Positions 30,263-40,681 of a stretch of 64,000 nt of DNA are shown in pieces. This DNA is from an uncultured Candidatus Rokubacteria bacterium (GTDB lineage: Bacteria > Methylomirabilota > Methylomirabilia > Rokubacteriales > CSP1-6). The stretch's first letter is position 1. Every line of letters begins with the position of its first letter. The stretch covers positions 832,001-896,000 of the forward strand of contig CAVWFS010000019.1 in the NCBI GenBank assembly GCA_963754315.1, written 5' to 3'. Made by a program: the position numbers and the translations under genes. Under the pieces are notes generated by a model that ran no database searches, had not been told where the DNA came from, and saw only the letters and a list, made by a program, of their open reading frames with translations.

Positions 30263-31768
30263 TCAAGGCGAGAAAGTCAGCTCAGCGACGCTCAGGGCAA
30301 CGATGTCGCCGAGATCGACGGCATTGTCGTTCAGGCTCCCCGGGCGGATCAGCGCCGAGAACACGCGGTAGACACCGCTGGCGATGACCCCAGCCGGGGG
30401 GAAAATGTACTGAAAAAAGCTCGAGGCATCGAGCTGGAAGCCAGGGGGGACGACCTGCATCGGCGACAGAGAGGTTGGCGCCGACAGCGATCCCGTCCGC
30501 TCGAGGACGCCGTGGCCAGAGAACAGGACCAGCGTCTTTCGGTCAGGGAGCAGGGCACCGACGTAGAGGTCCAGGGCCGAGCTGGCGTCCGGATTGTGTA
30601 CCGACAATCCGAGGCTTAGCGTCTGCCCTGAGCCGAACCGAGTTCCATTGAGCCAGACTCGCGTGTTGGCAAGTAGGGCGGCGCTCGGTCGCAACACATA
30701 GGCGTCCTCGTCGACGTCCGTCACCGTCACCAACAGACCAAAACCGGGCACATGGCCCAATCGACCGAACATACCATTCGGCGACGCGGCCCCGGGGCCG
30801 CCGGAAACCGTTGCCGACGACCACGAACGAGTCTCTGTGTCGAGGAAGTAAACGATGTCCCCGCCGCTCCAGACTATCATCCGATCGGTATCCGGGTCGT
30901 AGGCGAGGCCTGGCGACGTGTTGTTCGCGAGCAGAGGCGTGCCCGGCCACTTCTCGCGAATGAACGAGCTCCCTGGCCCGATGTCGTAGACTGACACGCC
31001 TCCGTTGTTGTCGTCTGGTCCTCCGATGATGACGAGCTTGCTCCTCACCGGATCCACGGCACTCGTCATGTGGTAGTCAATGAAATTGTCACTGGCCAGC
31101 CGATCGTAACTGTTGGTTTCGAAGGTGTACGCGTAGAGATCCCGAGAGTCATGCAGATATACTTTCTTCGAGTTCGGGTCGTATGCGGCCACCACTCCGG
31201 CGTCGGGACCTGGTTGTGGACCCGACGGATCCATCCGCTGCCAGATAAGGGACGGGAAGTGGAACGTCCACGTGACACGACTGAAGTGCCCCGGGCCACA
31301 GGCGAGGCTTCCACCGTACACGAAGAGCCGGTCGGCATGGGCAATGTAGGCCATGCCACCGTAGCTGTGCCGGGAATTGGGCCGCCCGTCCGCCAGCGTC
31401 TCCTGGCAGTCGCGAGTACCAATCGGTAAATTAGGCGGGCTCGGGTCGGTCAAGCGCTGGATCGTCCGCGTGGCCAGATCCAGTGCGTACAGCTCGTTTC
31501 CTGCGTAGTCGTTATGGCCGCCGCCCCACATGATAAGGCGGTCTCGAGTCGAGTCCACCACCCCACCGTTCCAAGCTAGGATCACGTTCTTGCAGCGCCC
31601 AGCAAAGTCGTAGTCCGGTGTGGACGGCGGGCACACCGCTCGCATCTTCGTGTTGGGAATGGCTGTCCAGCCGGAAGGAAAATCCTGCGCGTTGGCCCGC
31701 GATGCTTGCGGGGGAAGCAACCAGGGCACCAGGAGCATCACGGTGGCCATCAGCAGATACCGAATCAA
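30263..31768 (-). CDS. Secreted putative beta-propeller protein (family A) with shared 133-aa C-terminal module
   Basis: GGAGG RBS plus TTG start, signal peptide; AWNGG, WGGGHNDY.GNE, DGRPNSRHSY; paralog at 59221. Confidence 0.8.
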   Translation of the reverse strand: MIRYLLMATVMLLVPWLLPPQASRANAQDFPSGWTAIPNTKMRAVCPPSTPDYDFAGRCKNVILAWNGGVVDSTRDRLIMWGGGHNDYAGNELYALDLATRTIQRLTDPSPPNLPIGTRDCQETLADGRPNSRHSYGGMAYIAHADRLFVYGGSLACGPGHFSRVTWTFHFPSLIWQRMDPSGPQPGPDAGVVAAYDPNSKKVYLHDSRDLYAYTFETNSYDRLASDNFIDYHMTSAVDPVRSKLVIIGGPDDNNGGVSVYDIGPGSSFIREKWPGTPLLANNTSPGLAYDPDTDRMIVWSGGDIVYFLDTETRSWSSATVSGGPGAASPNGMFGRLGHVPGFGLLVTVTDVDEDAYVLRPSAALLANTRVWLNGTRFGSGQTLSLGLSVHNPDASSALDLYVGALLPDRKTLVLFSGHGVLERTGSLSAPTSLSPMQVVPPGFQLDASSFFQYIFPPAGVIASGVYRVFSALIRPGSLNDNAVDLGDIVALSVAELTFSP

Positions 31769-31805
31769 GTGAGCGTCCCTCCACTTGTGTCGTGGACACC
31801 AGGGA

Positions 31806-32700
31806 TCGTGTCCCCAGCAGTGGTGCACGAGCGGTGATTCGCGGAGGGCAGGTGCCCCTTCAGTTCAGCACGGCCGACAGCCACACGGACTGATTGTCGC
31901 TGAGCGCGTGCAGCCCTTCAAGCTGCATATATTGCCGCTGCAGCTGCCACTCGTCGTTCGGCTCGAGCAGCGGCCCCCACCAGCCGGATGATCGCCGCCT
32001 CGTTGGGGAAAATTCCCACCACGTCCGTCCGCTAGCTTGCAGCGCTCCAGCGGATTGGTGCGATCGAGCCATGCCTGGGACCAGCGTCAGCCCCCCTTAG
32101 GGGGAACTTCTCCCGCAGCTGGCCGCTCACCGCGCCATTGAGCGATGGCCGCTCCCTGGCTCTCCTGGGCGAACACCGTGTTGATCAAGGCCAGGACCAT
32201 CTACCGCTGCCCCTTGCCCGCGTGGGCCAGGGCCTTGCGGATGAAGTGCACCCGACACCGCTGCCAGCTCGCCTTGAGCACCTTGGCCACGGCTGCCCTC
32301 AACCCCTCGTGGGCATGGGAAATCACCAGCTTGACGCCACGCAACCCCCGCCGGGTCAGGCTGCGCAGGACGCTGGTCCAAAACGGCTCCGCTTCGCTCG
32401 GCCCCACCACCAGCCCCAGCACCTCTCGCACCCCGTCGGTGTTCACCGCCACCGACACGATGCGCCCCGCCTCCCGCACCTTCACGTAGGTCGCATCGAT
32501 CCACAGGTACGGCCAATCCCGTCCAGGGGTCGGTTCACGAATGTCCCGACCCGCTCGTCAATCTGACTGCACAGCCGCGAGACTTGACTCTTCGAGATGC
32601 CGCTCATCCCCAGCGCGCGGACCACCTCATCCACCGAGCGCGCGTCGACACCCCCTGGATGTACGCCTCTTGGATCACCAGGCAACTGGTGTCTACCTCG
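31806..32700 (-). pseudogene. IS256-family transposase remnant
   Basis: Frameshifted fragments SVDEVVRALGMSGISKSQVSRLC, WIDATYVKVR, WQRCRVHF, LEPNDEWQLQRQYM; end-like sequence TGCACCACTGCTGGGGACACGA. Confidence 0.88.
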
Positions 32701-32959
32701 CCCGGGCGGCGGTTGGCTGGACCGACTCAAGCAAGGCGGGCACATCACGCTTGTGTATCATGCTCGTCGGCTATCGAGCGGTGCCAACTCTACGGCGAAA
32801 CGTGAGCCAGTGGCTGGACCAGGCGCCCCGGCTCGTCGCCGTGCATAGGGCAGTCGATGTTGCCAGTGATCCGCTCACCCCTGACCCTTGACGGCTGACC
32901 GCACAGGGTCGATCCTGATGGTCAGTGGGCATGGGGCGCCATTTCGAAAGAAGCACGCG

Positions 32960-34530
32960 GTGATTCGAGGCCGTCAGGCTGCGCTCGAGCTTCTCCTGTT
33001 CACCCTCGCCATATCTCTGCTGGTAGGAACCGCTCAGGGGCACACGACTCCGATCGACATTCCGAGTGGGGTCTTCATTGCGCTGGAGCGGCCGGACTGG
33101 GGCCGGGGGCCGGCGCGGGAGACGAAGCACTCGACGTACGCGCACAACCCGATCGACGGGCGGCTGTACCAGATGGGGGGGACTTTGGGGGGACGGTGGG
33201 GGGGTCGTCGTACCGGCAGGACATGTACTCGGTGTCGATTGCGGAGCGGTGGGCGAGCCGGAACGACCGGAACGCGGGCTGGCGGCAGGAGTACCCGTAC
33301 TGTGGGCCGGAGGGAGGGCGGCAGCCGAAGTCGCCGGACTATGTCGGGTGGACGTGGGACACCAAGCGGCGGGTGTTCTGGAGCGTGCCGGGCACGTTTG
33401 TAATCCCGGCGGCGGTGTGTCCAGGCATCACGGCGAGCTGGGGGGACGACCCCCCGAAGTATTTGTTCAACCACCTGATGACCTTTGATCCCTTCGAGCC
33501 GGACCTGACCCAGCGCTGGCAGGACCGGGGGCGCGACATTGGGCCGACGGCCGTGGACACGTGGATGAGCGTGTACGACGCGGGGACCGACAGTCTGATT
33601 CGCTTCGGGTGGGACGGGGCGCGCGGGGCGATGGTGAACATCTATGACATTACGGCCGGGCAGTGGACGGCGAAGTTGCTGGGGTTGAACGCGGTGGGGC
33701 AGGACATCCGGATCTTTAAGGAGATGCTGGCGGCGGACTGGGGGCAGCGGGTGATTTATGTGATCGACGGGATTGCGGGGCGGCTGCATCGCTACCGGGT
33801 AGATGGGCGGACGATCGAGGACCTGGGGGTGGTGCCGGGGGGCCCGATCGCCTATGCGGCCAACAATGATGCCTACGCGGTGTGGGACAGCCTGCACCGG
33901 GTGCTGTTCTTTTTCCGGATGGACACGAGCATCCTGCACGTCTATCACCCGGACACGCAGGAGTGGGAGACGCCACCGCTGGTGACAGATCCGCCGGGGC
34001 TGACGCCGCACGTGCGGCACGCGGCGGTGTTCGACCCGTACCAGAACGTGCTGGTCCTCCTGGGGACGACGGACACGGCGAACCCCTACATGTACCTGTA
34101 CCGCTATGCGGAAGAAGGTAGGCCGAGCACCCGGCTCTCCCTCAGTGGAATCCAGTTCCATGCGGGCCAGACGTTGAATCTCGGACTGTCCGTCCACAAT
34201 CCCAACGAGAACTCACCTCTCGAGCTTTACGTCGGCGCCGTGCTTCCGGACGGGAAGACCCTGGTTCTGTTCTCTGGCCCCGGCGTCCTCGAGCGGACGG
34301 GATCGCTGTCCGCACTCGCCTCCCTGTCGCCGATGCAGGTCGTTCCCCCTGGCTTTCAGCTCGATGCACCGAGCTTTTTCCAGTACACGTTCCCCCCCGC
34401 CGGGGTCACTGCGAGCGGTGTCTACCGTGTGTTCTCGGCGTTGATCCGCCCGGCAAGCCTGGACGACAATGCCGTCGATCCCGACGATATCGTCGCCCTG
34501 AGCGTGGTCGAACTGAGTTTCGCGCCGTGA
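32960..34530 (+). CDS. Secreted protein (family B) with shared 133-aa C-terminal module; one G missing at 33175-33181
   Basis: Signal peptide. Adding one G restores QMGGDFGGTVGGSSYRQ, matching the paralog at 60961. Confidence 0.8.
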
Positions 34531-35807
34531 GCATGCGCTGCACAATCACCTCAATGAGGTCTACTGCCATCGGGATACGGCCAGCCGTCCTCGTCATCCT
34601 CGCGATCGTCTTGCAACCCCTCTCGGTCAGCGCCAAGGAGATCGGACCCGAAGCGGACTGGTGCCGCGAGGCGAATACCCTGCCAGCCGGCGCTGAGCTC
34701 CTGCTACGTCCAGGCGACTACCACGGCCCTTGCACGATTCGGCGCGGGGAGGGAGGCGCGGGAGGGCCGATCTCCATTCGCGCCAAGGATCCCGACCGGC
34801 CCGCCCGCATCGTGTACTCCGGCGGCAGCCACAACGTGCTGAATATCCGTCGCGACGACGTGACCATCCGCGGTCTCGAATTCGGGCCGACACTACAGGA
34901 TGTCGACGGCATCCGGATCTACGACGGCAACAGGATTACCATCGAGGACTGCCACTTCTCGCAGATGGGTGGTATTGCCGTTGTGGCGAATTATGCCAAC
35001 GTTCGCGACCTCACCATTCGGCGAAACGCCATCCGGCATTCGAAGTCGACGGCGATGTACTTCGGGTGCCATGACGGGATCTCGTGCACCGCCTCCGATC
35101 TCGCTATCGAGCACAACTTTATCGACGGCGTTGATACCGAGCATGGGATCGGCTACGGCATCCAGATCAAACTCAACTCAACGGCAACCATCCGCGACAA
35201 CGTGATCGTCAACACCAAGGGACCCGGCATCATGGTCTACGGAGCGGCCGACCCCTCCCGCGTCAGCCTGGTAGAGAGGAACCTTGTGGCGGGCTCGCGC
35301 ACCTCGTCGGGTATCGTGGTCGGCGGCGGTCCGGCGGTGGTTCGCAATAACGTCGCTCTCGCCAACGCCGAAGTCGGGGTCGGGCTTGAGGACTATCGCC
35401 GACGGGGACTCCTTCAGGGGATTCTAGTTGCTCACAACACGCTGTACGGGAACAGCAAGGGCGCGATCGGCGTGCCCGCCTCCGGTCGCCTCGAAGCCAA
35501 AGTGATCAACAACGCGGCGCACGCCAAGGTCGGGACTCGGTCGTTGCCGGCCGACCGATCGGGTTTGCTCGCCAGGGGCAATGTCGACTGTTCCCTTGCC
35601 CCATGCTTCGGCAATCCGGAGGGGATGGACTTCTCGCCTCATGCCACCTCACCGCTCTTGGGTCGGGGGCGCCCCGAGGCTGACCAGAGGATGCCCGTAG
35701 ACGACTACTTGGGGCGGCGGCGCGGAGGGTTGCCCACGCCCGGCGCATTCGACGGCGCGGCGGAGCCCCTTGTCATCGGCATCCAGCCGGGCGAGCGCCC
35801 TCGATGA
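34527..35807 (+). CDS. Secreted right-handed parallel beta-helix protein (family C, pectin-lyase-like fold)
   Basis: Signal peptide; repeated TIRxN/IExN strands; YFGCHDG, GYGIQIKLNS, TKGPGIMVYG. Confidence 0.82.
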   Translation: MSMRCTITSMRSTAIGIRPAVLVILAIVLQPLSVSAKEIGPEADWCREANTLPAGAELLLRPGDYHGPCTIRRGEGGAGGPISIRAKDPDRPARIVYSGGSHNVLNIRRDDVTIRGLEFGPTLQDVDGIRIYDGNRITIEDCHFSQMGGIAVVANYANVRDLTIRRNAIRHSKSTAMYFGCHDGISCTASDLAIEHNFIDGVDTEHGIGYGIQIKLNSTATIRDNVIVNTKGPGIMVYGAADPSRVSLVERNLVAGSRTSSGIVVGGGPAVVRNNVALANAEVGVGLEDYRRRGLLQGILVAHNTLYGNSKGAIGVPASGRLEAKVINNAAHAKVGTRSLPADRSGLLARGNVDCSLAPCFGNPEGMDFSPHATSPLLGRGRPEADQRMPVDDYLGRRRGGLPTPGAFDGAAEPLVIGIQPGERPR

Positions 35808-36016
35808 ACTCCCACGATCCACGCGCAAATGTGCTGCTCGTTTTGGGTCGTTGCTGCAATTTTTGCGGCTACCGACGGCAGAAATGTCTGATTCCCCGAC
35901 GTTCGTTTCTCACTAATAGCCACTAACGCCTATCCCAACCTGCCATCCGTGGAGCAACTCACGTGGCTGCGCCACATGGCTAACAAAATCAAACCCTTTC
36001 GTGACAGAACTCAAAG

Positions 36017-36031
36017 TGGCACCTGTCTTGC
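36017..36031 (+). promoter_or_regulatory. sigma54 -24/-12 promoter of the glycan operon
   Basis: TGGCAC-CTGTC-TTGC, a perfect consensus; IHF-like AATCAAACCCTTT at 35987-35999. Confidence 0.88.
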
Positions 36032-36046
36032 GACTAACCCACTCTC

Positions 36047-37420
36047 GTGCTCAGAGTATTCGGACACTACTTACCGGCGATCGCAGTCGTCTCAATCCTG
36101 GGGGACCTGGTCACCCTGACCGCATCTGTCCTCCTTGCTTCACAATCCGCGGGATGGATCGGCACGGGGCCGCTCTGGCCTAAGGCCCTTGCCGTGTGCG
36201 GTATCACGGTCTTCAGCATCTATGTCACTGATCTCTATCGAACCGATTCACGTCTGAACAGGCGCGAGCTGGTCGCGCGGCTGGTGGTCGCTCTGCTCGC
36301 AAGCGCGCTGGTTATGGCCGCGCTTGGTTTTGCTGTCCCCGCCCTGCGTTTCAGCCGCTCTGCCTTTGTCCAGATCTTCAGCGCCTTCGCGATCGGCCTT
36401 GTTCCCTGGCGAATTGTCTTGCACCGGATCTGTCTGAATGGTCGCCTGCACGCGCGCGTCCTCGTGCTCGGGCTCAGCCGCGCGGCCGGGCGACTCGTCG
36501 AGCTGCGGACGACCGGCTCGCAACCCTTCGTGATCCTCGGCTTCCTGGATGACGCTCCCGATGCCCATGACAAGCTGCCCGCGGGGACGGAGCTCCTCGG
36601 TAAGCCGCGGGATCTCCTGAATCTCGTCGACGAGCTACGGCCAGACCTCATCGTCGTCGCTCTCTCCGACATGCGGGGAGCATTGCCGACGAGTGATCTA
36701 CTCGAATGCCGCCTGCGTGGAATTCGGGTTGAGGAGTGGCCGACATTTTTTGAGAAGCAGACGGGGAGGGTGCTGGTCACCGATCTCCGACCGAGCTGGC
36801 TCATATTCTCCGATGGCTTCGTTTCGATCCAGATCACGCAGACGTTGAAGAAGGTTCTGGATCTTACCCTCGCCCTCTCCCTTCTCGTCCTCACACTGCC
36901 CCTCATGCTGCTGGTGGCAGTCTCCATCAGGCTCGATTCCAAGGGGCCGATCCTATTCCGCCAGCCCCGGGTCGGTCACAACAGCCGCATCTTCATGATC
37001 AACAAGTTCCGTTCGATGCGAGACAACGCCGAACGTGAATCGGGGGCCGTGTGGGCTACCGCCGGCGATCCTCGGGTGACCCGAGTCGGTCGCATCATCC
37101 GGCGGACGCGGCTCGATGAGCTGCCGCAGCTCTTCAACGTGCTCCTGGGAGAAATGAGCTTCGTGGGACCCCGCCCAGAGCGGCCCGAATTCGTGCGCAC
37201 GCTTCACCGACAGATCCCTTTCTACTCAGGCCGGCTTGCCGTCAAGCCAGGCATCACCGGATGGGCCCAGGTCCGTCATCACTATGCGGCCTCGGTCGAG
37301 GATGCGATGGAAAAGCTTCAGTACGACCTCTACTACATCAAGAACCTGTCCCCCTTCTTGGACATTCTCATCCTCCTCAGCACGATTCAGGTCGTGCTCT
37401 TCGCGCGAGGAGCACGCTAA
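36047..37420 (+). CDS. Priming polyprenyl-phosphate sugar transferase (TIGR03013-like)
   Basis: N-terminal TMs; [63 protein letters not shown]. Confidence 0.93.
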   Translation: MLRVFGHYLPAIAVVSILGDLVTLTASVLLASQSAGWIGTGPLWPKALAVCGITVFSIYVTDLYRTDSRLNRRELVARLVVALLASALVMAALGFAVPALRFSRSAFVQIFSAFAIGLVPWRIVLHRICLNGRLHARVLVLGLSRAAGRLVELRTTGSQPFVILGFLDDAPDAHDKLPAGTELLGKPRDLLNLVDELRPDLIVVALSDMRGALPTSDLLECRLRGIRVEEWPTFFEKQTGRVLVTDLRPSWLIFSDGFVSIQITQTLKKVLDLTLALSLLVLTLPLMLLVAVSIRLDSKGPILFRQPRVGHNSRIFMINKFRSMRDNAERESGAVWATAGDPRVTRVGRIIRRTRLDELPQLFNVLLGEMSFVGPRPERPEFVRTLHRQIPFYSGRLAVKPGITGWAQVRHHYAASVEDAMEKLQYDLYYIKNLSPFLDILILLSTIQVVLFARGAR

Positions 37421-37424
37421 GCCG

Positions 37425-39698
37425 ATGGATCAGTGGCGTCTCGCTCATCGCATCGCCCTCGGGATCCTTCGCCGGCGCAAGACCCTCGCCGTGGTCACCT
37501 TCCTCTTGGCTGTGCTGGTGACCTTTCCCGCCGCCTATTATCTGTCACATGAACCGCCTCGATACCAGGCGGTGGCCACGATTCTGCTCGAGGTCAAGCC
37601 CGATCGCGTCCCCCTCTTTCAGGAACTCTCGCCCATGCGGCCGCTGTCGGTCCAGATGGCCATCCTCCGCAGCCGGTCGCTCGCCGAGAGCGTCCTCAGC
37701 AGCCTGCCTCGAGCGTCGGTCCAAGATTTGACCGACAACCTGTACTACGTCGATTACCTCCAGAAGCTCGTGAACCTCTATCATCGGCTGCTCGGAGTGC
37801 CACCGGTTACTTCGAGCTCACGCGGGGAGGCGGTGGCGGAGCTCCAGGGCGGGCGGATGAAGTTCGTTCCCCTCGGTGACGGCCTCGTGTCGGTCTCGGC
37901 CATCGCGTCCAAACCGGAGATCGCGGTGGACCTCGCTCAAACCTACATCGAGGTCCTTCTCGGCCGGACGCGAACGTTCAACATCGACGATGCGCGAGTG
38001 TCGCGAGAGTTCCTCGAGCAGCAGGTCGCCGACGTCAAGAAGAAGCTGCAGGCGAGCGAAGAATCGCTGCGCGTCTTCACCTCCTCCCACGGCGGCATCA
38101 AGGTTCCCGAGCAAAGCCAGGCGACGACTACCCAGCTCTCCCAGGCCGAGACGGCGCTGGCCGAGGTGCAAGCTAACCGGAAAATGATTGAATCCAGGCT
38201 AGCCGGGCTCCGCGAGAAGGTTGAGCAGCAGAAGCGGACGCCATCCCCGGCCGTCTCGCTTGGCCCGGCCAGCACGCCGACGCCGTCCAGTGCGGCATCG
38301 CCTGAAGTGAGGCGATTGCGCGATCAGCTTGAACAGCTCGAGACGACGCTGCTCGATCTCCGCATGCGATTCACGGACGAGCATCCGCGGGTCAGACCCG
38401 TCAAGGACAAGCTCGCTGAGTTACGGAGCCAGCTCGGGAGTGCTGTCAAAGAGAGCACGATCGTCACGCCCATGGTAGGAGCGGTACCACCCTCGGAGAG
38501 GGTCAACTTTTCAGAGCAGCTCGTCGCTCTGGAAACCTCTCTGCTGGCCATGACCGCGCAGGAGGAGGCTTTACGCAAGCAAGCCGACACCCTGCGCGCC
38601 AGCCTCGCGGGATTGTCGCGAAGCGAGCTGGCCTACAGCCGTCTGGGACGTGAAGTCGACAGCAACCGTAACCTCTACTCTCTTCTCTCGGAAAAGCTCA
38701 CCGCCGCCCGTATTCGGGAGCAGGGTGAGATGAAGGTCGTGAAAGTCATTGACCCGCCGGAGCTCGGGGTGAGCGCGAGCAACGACAAGCGCTTTAAGTT
38801 CCTGACCCTCGCGGCGGGCCTGGCCCTGCTCGTGGGGGGCGGGGTGCCCGTGGCCGCCGAGCTTCTCGGCAAGCACATCGAGTCGGAGGATGATGTTCAT
38901 CAGGCGACCGATTTGCAGGTCATCGCCCTCGTCCCGCATCGCCGCTCGGGCCGCCCCGTATTCACGGCAATCGCCGGCCTCGAAAGACCCCGCCAGTCCG
39001 AGAACGATATTATATTCAGCGAGGCGTTTCGATCCCTCCGGGTAGCCGTCCAGCTTGCTATGCGCTCGGACAACGTCCGCAGTCTTCTTATCGCCAGCGC
39101 GTCCCCCGGCGACGGCAAGACCACCGTGTTGATCAACCTCGGACTGGCCTTCAACGAGGGCGGAACGCACGTGGTGCTCGCCGATACCGATTTTCTTCGG
39201 CCAACGCTGCACAGCAGTATGCACGTGCCATCCACGGCCGGATTGGGTGAGGTCTTGCGGGCCGAGCGAACGCTCGATGACTCGCTTTTCCTGGTCGCCG
39301 ACGGGCTGTGGGTGGCGGCCCCCGCCCACGGTATCGATGCCAGCGTCCGGGGGAGTCTTGCCACCAGCCGTCTGAAGGCCCTCGTCGGCGAGATGGCGAC
39401 GAAGGCCGAGCTCGTGATCTGTGATTCGCCGCCGGTCCTCGCCGCCCCCGAGAGCCTCTTTCTGGGGTCTGCTGTCGACGCCGTCATCTTGGTCGTCAAG
39501 GCCGGTCGAACAAGCTTCCGGGACCTGGCCCGCACTAAGCGGAAGCTCGAAAGCGTCGGCGCCAGAATCCTGGGCGTGGTGATCAACGATTTGCCAGCCG
39601 CGACCCTGCGGCGGACGTATCGACGGTATGCCGCCAGCTATCAGAAGGATAACGCCATGGTCAGGAAGATCGGCCCTTCGCAACCGCCGCATGAATGA
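37425..39698 (+). CDS. wzc: Wzc-type polysaccharide co-polymerase / tyrosine kinase fusion
   Basis: Two TMs flanking coiled coils with FTDEHPRV; EAFRSLR, SPGDGKTT, DTD, ICDSPP; Tyr-containing tail. Confidence 0.88.
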   Translation: MDQWRLAHRIALGILRRRKTLAVVTFLLAVLVTFPAAYYLSHEPPRYQAVATILLEVKPDRVPLFQELSPMRPLSVQMAILRSRSLAESVLSSLPRASVQDLTDNLYYVDYLQKLVNLYHRLLGVPPVTSSSRGEAVAELQGGRMKFVPLGDGLVSVSAIASKPEIAVDLAQTYIEVLLGRTRTFNIDDARVSREFLEQQVADVKKKLQASEESLRVFTSSHGGIKVPEQSQATTTQLSQAETALAEVQANRKMIESRLAGLREKVEQQKRTPSPAVSLGPASTPTPSSAASPEVRRLRDQLEQLETTLLDLRMRFTDEHPRVRPVKDKLAELRSQLGSAVKESTIVTPMVGAVPPSERVNFSEQLVALETSLLAMTAQEEALRKQADTLRASLAGLSRSELAYSRLGREVDSNRNLYSLLSEKLTAARIREQGEMKVVKVIDPPELGVSASNDKRFKFLTLAAGLALLVGGGVPVAAELLGKHIESEDDVHQATDLQVIALVPHRRSGRPVFTAIAGLERPRQSENDIIFSEAFRSLRVAVQLAMRSDNVRSLLIASASPGDGKTTVLINLGLAFNEGGTHVVLADTDFLRPTLHSSMHVPSTAGLGEVLRAERTLDDSLFLVADGLWVAAPAHGIDASVRGSLATSRLKALVGEMATKAELVICDSPPVLAAPESLFLGSAVDAVILVVKAGRTSFRDLARTKRKLESVGARILGVVINDLPAATLRRTYRRYAASYQKDNAMVRKIGPSQPPHE

Positions 39699-40681
39699 CC
39701 ACTGCCTGGCGACTGTTACCGGTCACCGTGCCATCGCCGTTAGCCTCAGCGGTCGCGGAGCAGCCGCATCGTCGACGTGCGGAGCATGCTGGGTGGCAAC
39801 CGTCGTCGCATCGTGACCGTCTAAGCATGCGCAACGCGCTCACCTTTGACGTCGAGGAGTACTTCCACGTGGAGGCATTCAAGGACATCATCGAGACCGA
39901 CCGGTGGGCCAGCCTTGAGTCGCGGGTCGTGGCGAGCACACACCGGGTGCTCGATCTCCTCGAGGCGCGCCACGTGTCGGCGACGTTTTTTGTCCTCGGT
40001 TGGGTCGCCGACCGGCACCGGGCTCTCGTGCGCGAAATCCAGTCGCGAGGCCACGAGGTGGCTTGCCACAGCTACGCGCACCAGGTGATCTACACCATGG
40101 ACCGTGAGGCTTTCCGGGCCGACGTACGCCGGGCGAAGCAAGCCCTCGAGGACGCGACGGGGGCCACGGTCCTAGGCTATCGGGCGCCCACGTTCTCTGT
40201 GGTGGAGCAGACGCTGTGGGCGCTCGAAGTCCTCGCCGAAGAGGGCTTTCGCTACGACTCGAGCATCTTCCCGATACGTCACGACCGTTATGGAATGTCC
40301 CAGGCGCCTCGCTTCCCGCACCGTGTGTCCTTGCCGAGCGGCGGAAGGATAGTGGAGTTCCCTGTGTCAACTATGAGGGTGGTAGGGCAGAACGTGCCCT
40401 TCTCGGGCGGGGGGTACTTTCGGGTAGCACCGTATCCTCTTGTCCGGGCTGCCTTACGCCATGTCAACCGGCGCGACCGGCTGGCAGCCATGGTCTATCT
40501 CCATCCTTGGGAGATGGACCCGGAGCAACCACGCTTTCCGGTCGGGGCGGTAGCACGCGTACGCCACTACGCCAACCTTGGCCAGACAGCCGCCAAGCTC
40601 GACCGCCTGCTTCAGGACTTCTCCTTCGCTCCGGCCTGTCAGGTGCTCGGCGAGCAGGGCTTCTGGGAGGTCACCGCGTGA
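39695..40681 (+). CDS. Polysaccharide deacetylase (TIGR03006-like, DUF3473); alternative start 39827
   Basis: ALTFDVEEYF, ATFFVLGW, HEVACHSYAH, GYRAPTFS, GGGYFR, YLHPWEMDP. Confidence 0.92.
   Translation: MTTAWRLLPVTVPSPLASAVAEQPHRRRAEHAGWQPSSHRDRLSMRNALTFDVEEYFHVEAFKDIIETDRWASLESRVVASTHRVLDLLEARHVSATFFVLGWVADRHRALVREIQSRGHEVACHSYAHQVIYTMDREAFRADVRRAKQALEDATGATVLGYRAPTFSVVEQTLWALEVLAEEGFRYDSSIFPIRHDRYGMSQAPRFPHRVSLPSGGRIVEFPVSTMRVVGQNVPFSGGGYFRVAPYPLVRAALRHVNRRDRLAAMVYLHPWEMDPEQPRFPVGAVARVRHYANLGQTAAKLDRLLQDFSFAPACQVLGEQGFWEVTA

Noticed and set aside
33034..34197. Long antisense ORFs opposite the family-B genes (also 61063-62055)
   Set aside because: His/Pro/Arg-rich shadows expected from G-rich codon use on the coding strand; no motifs.
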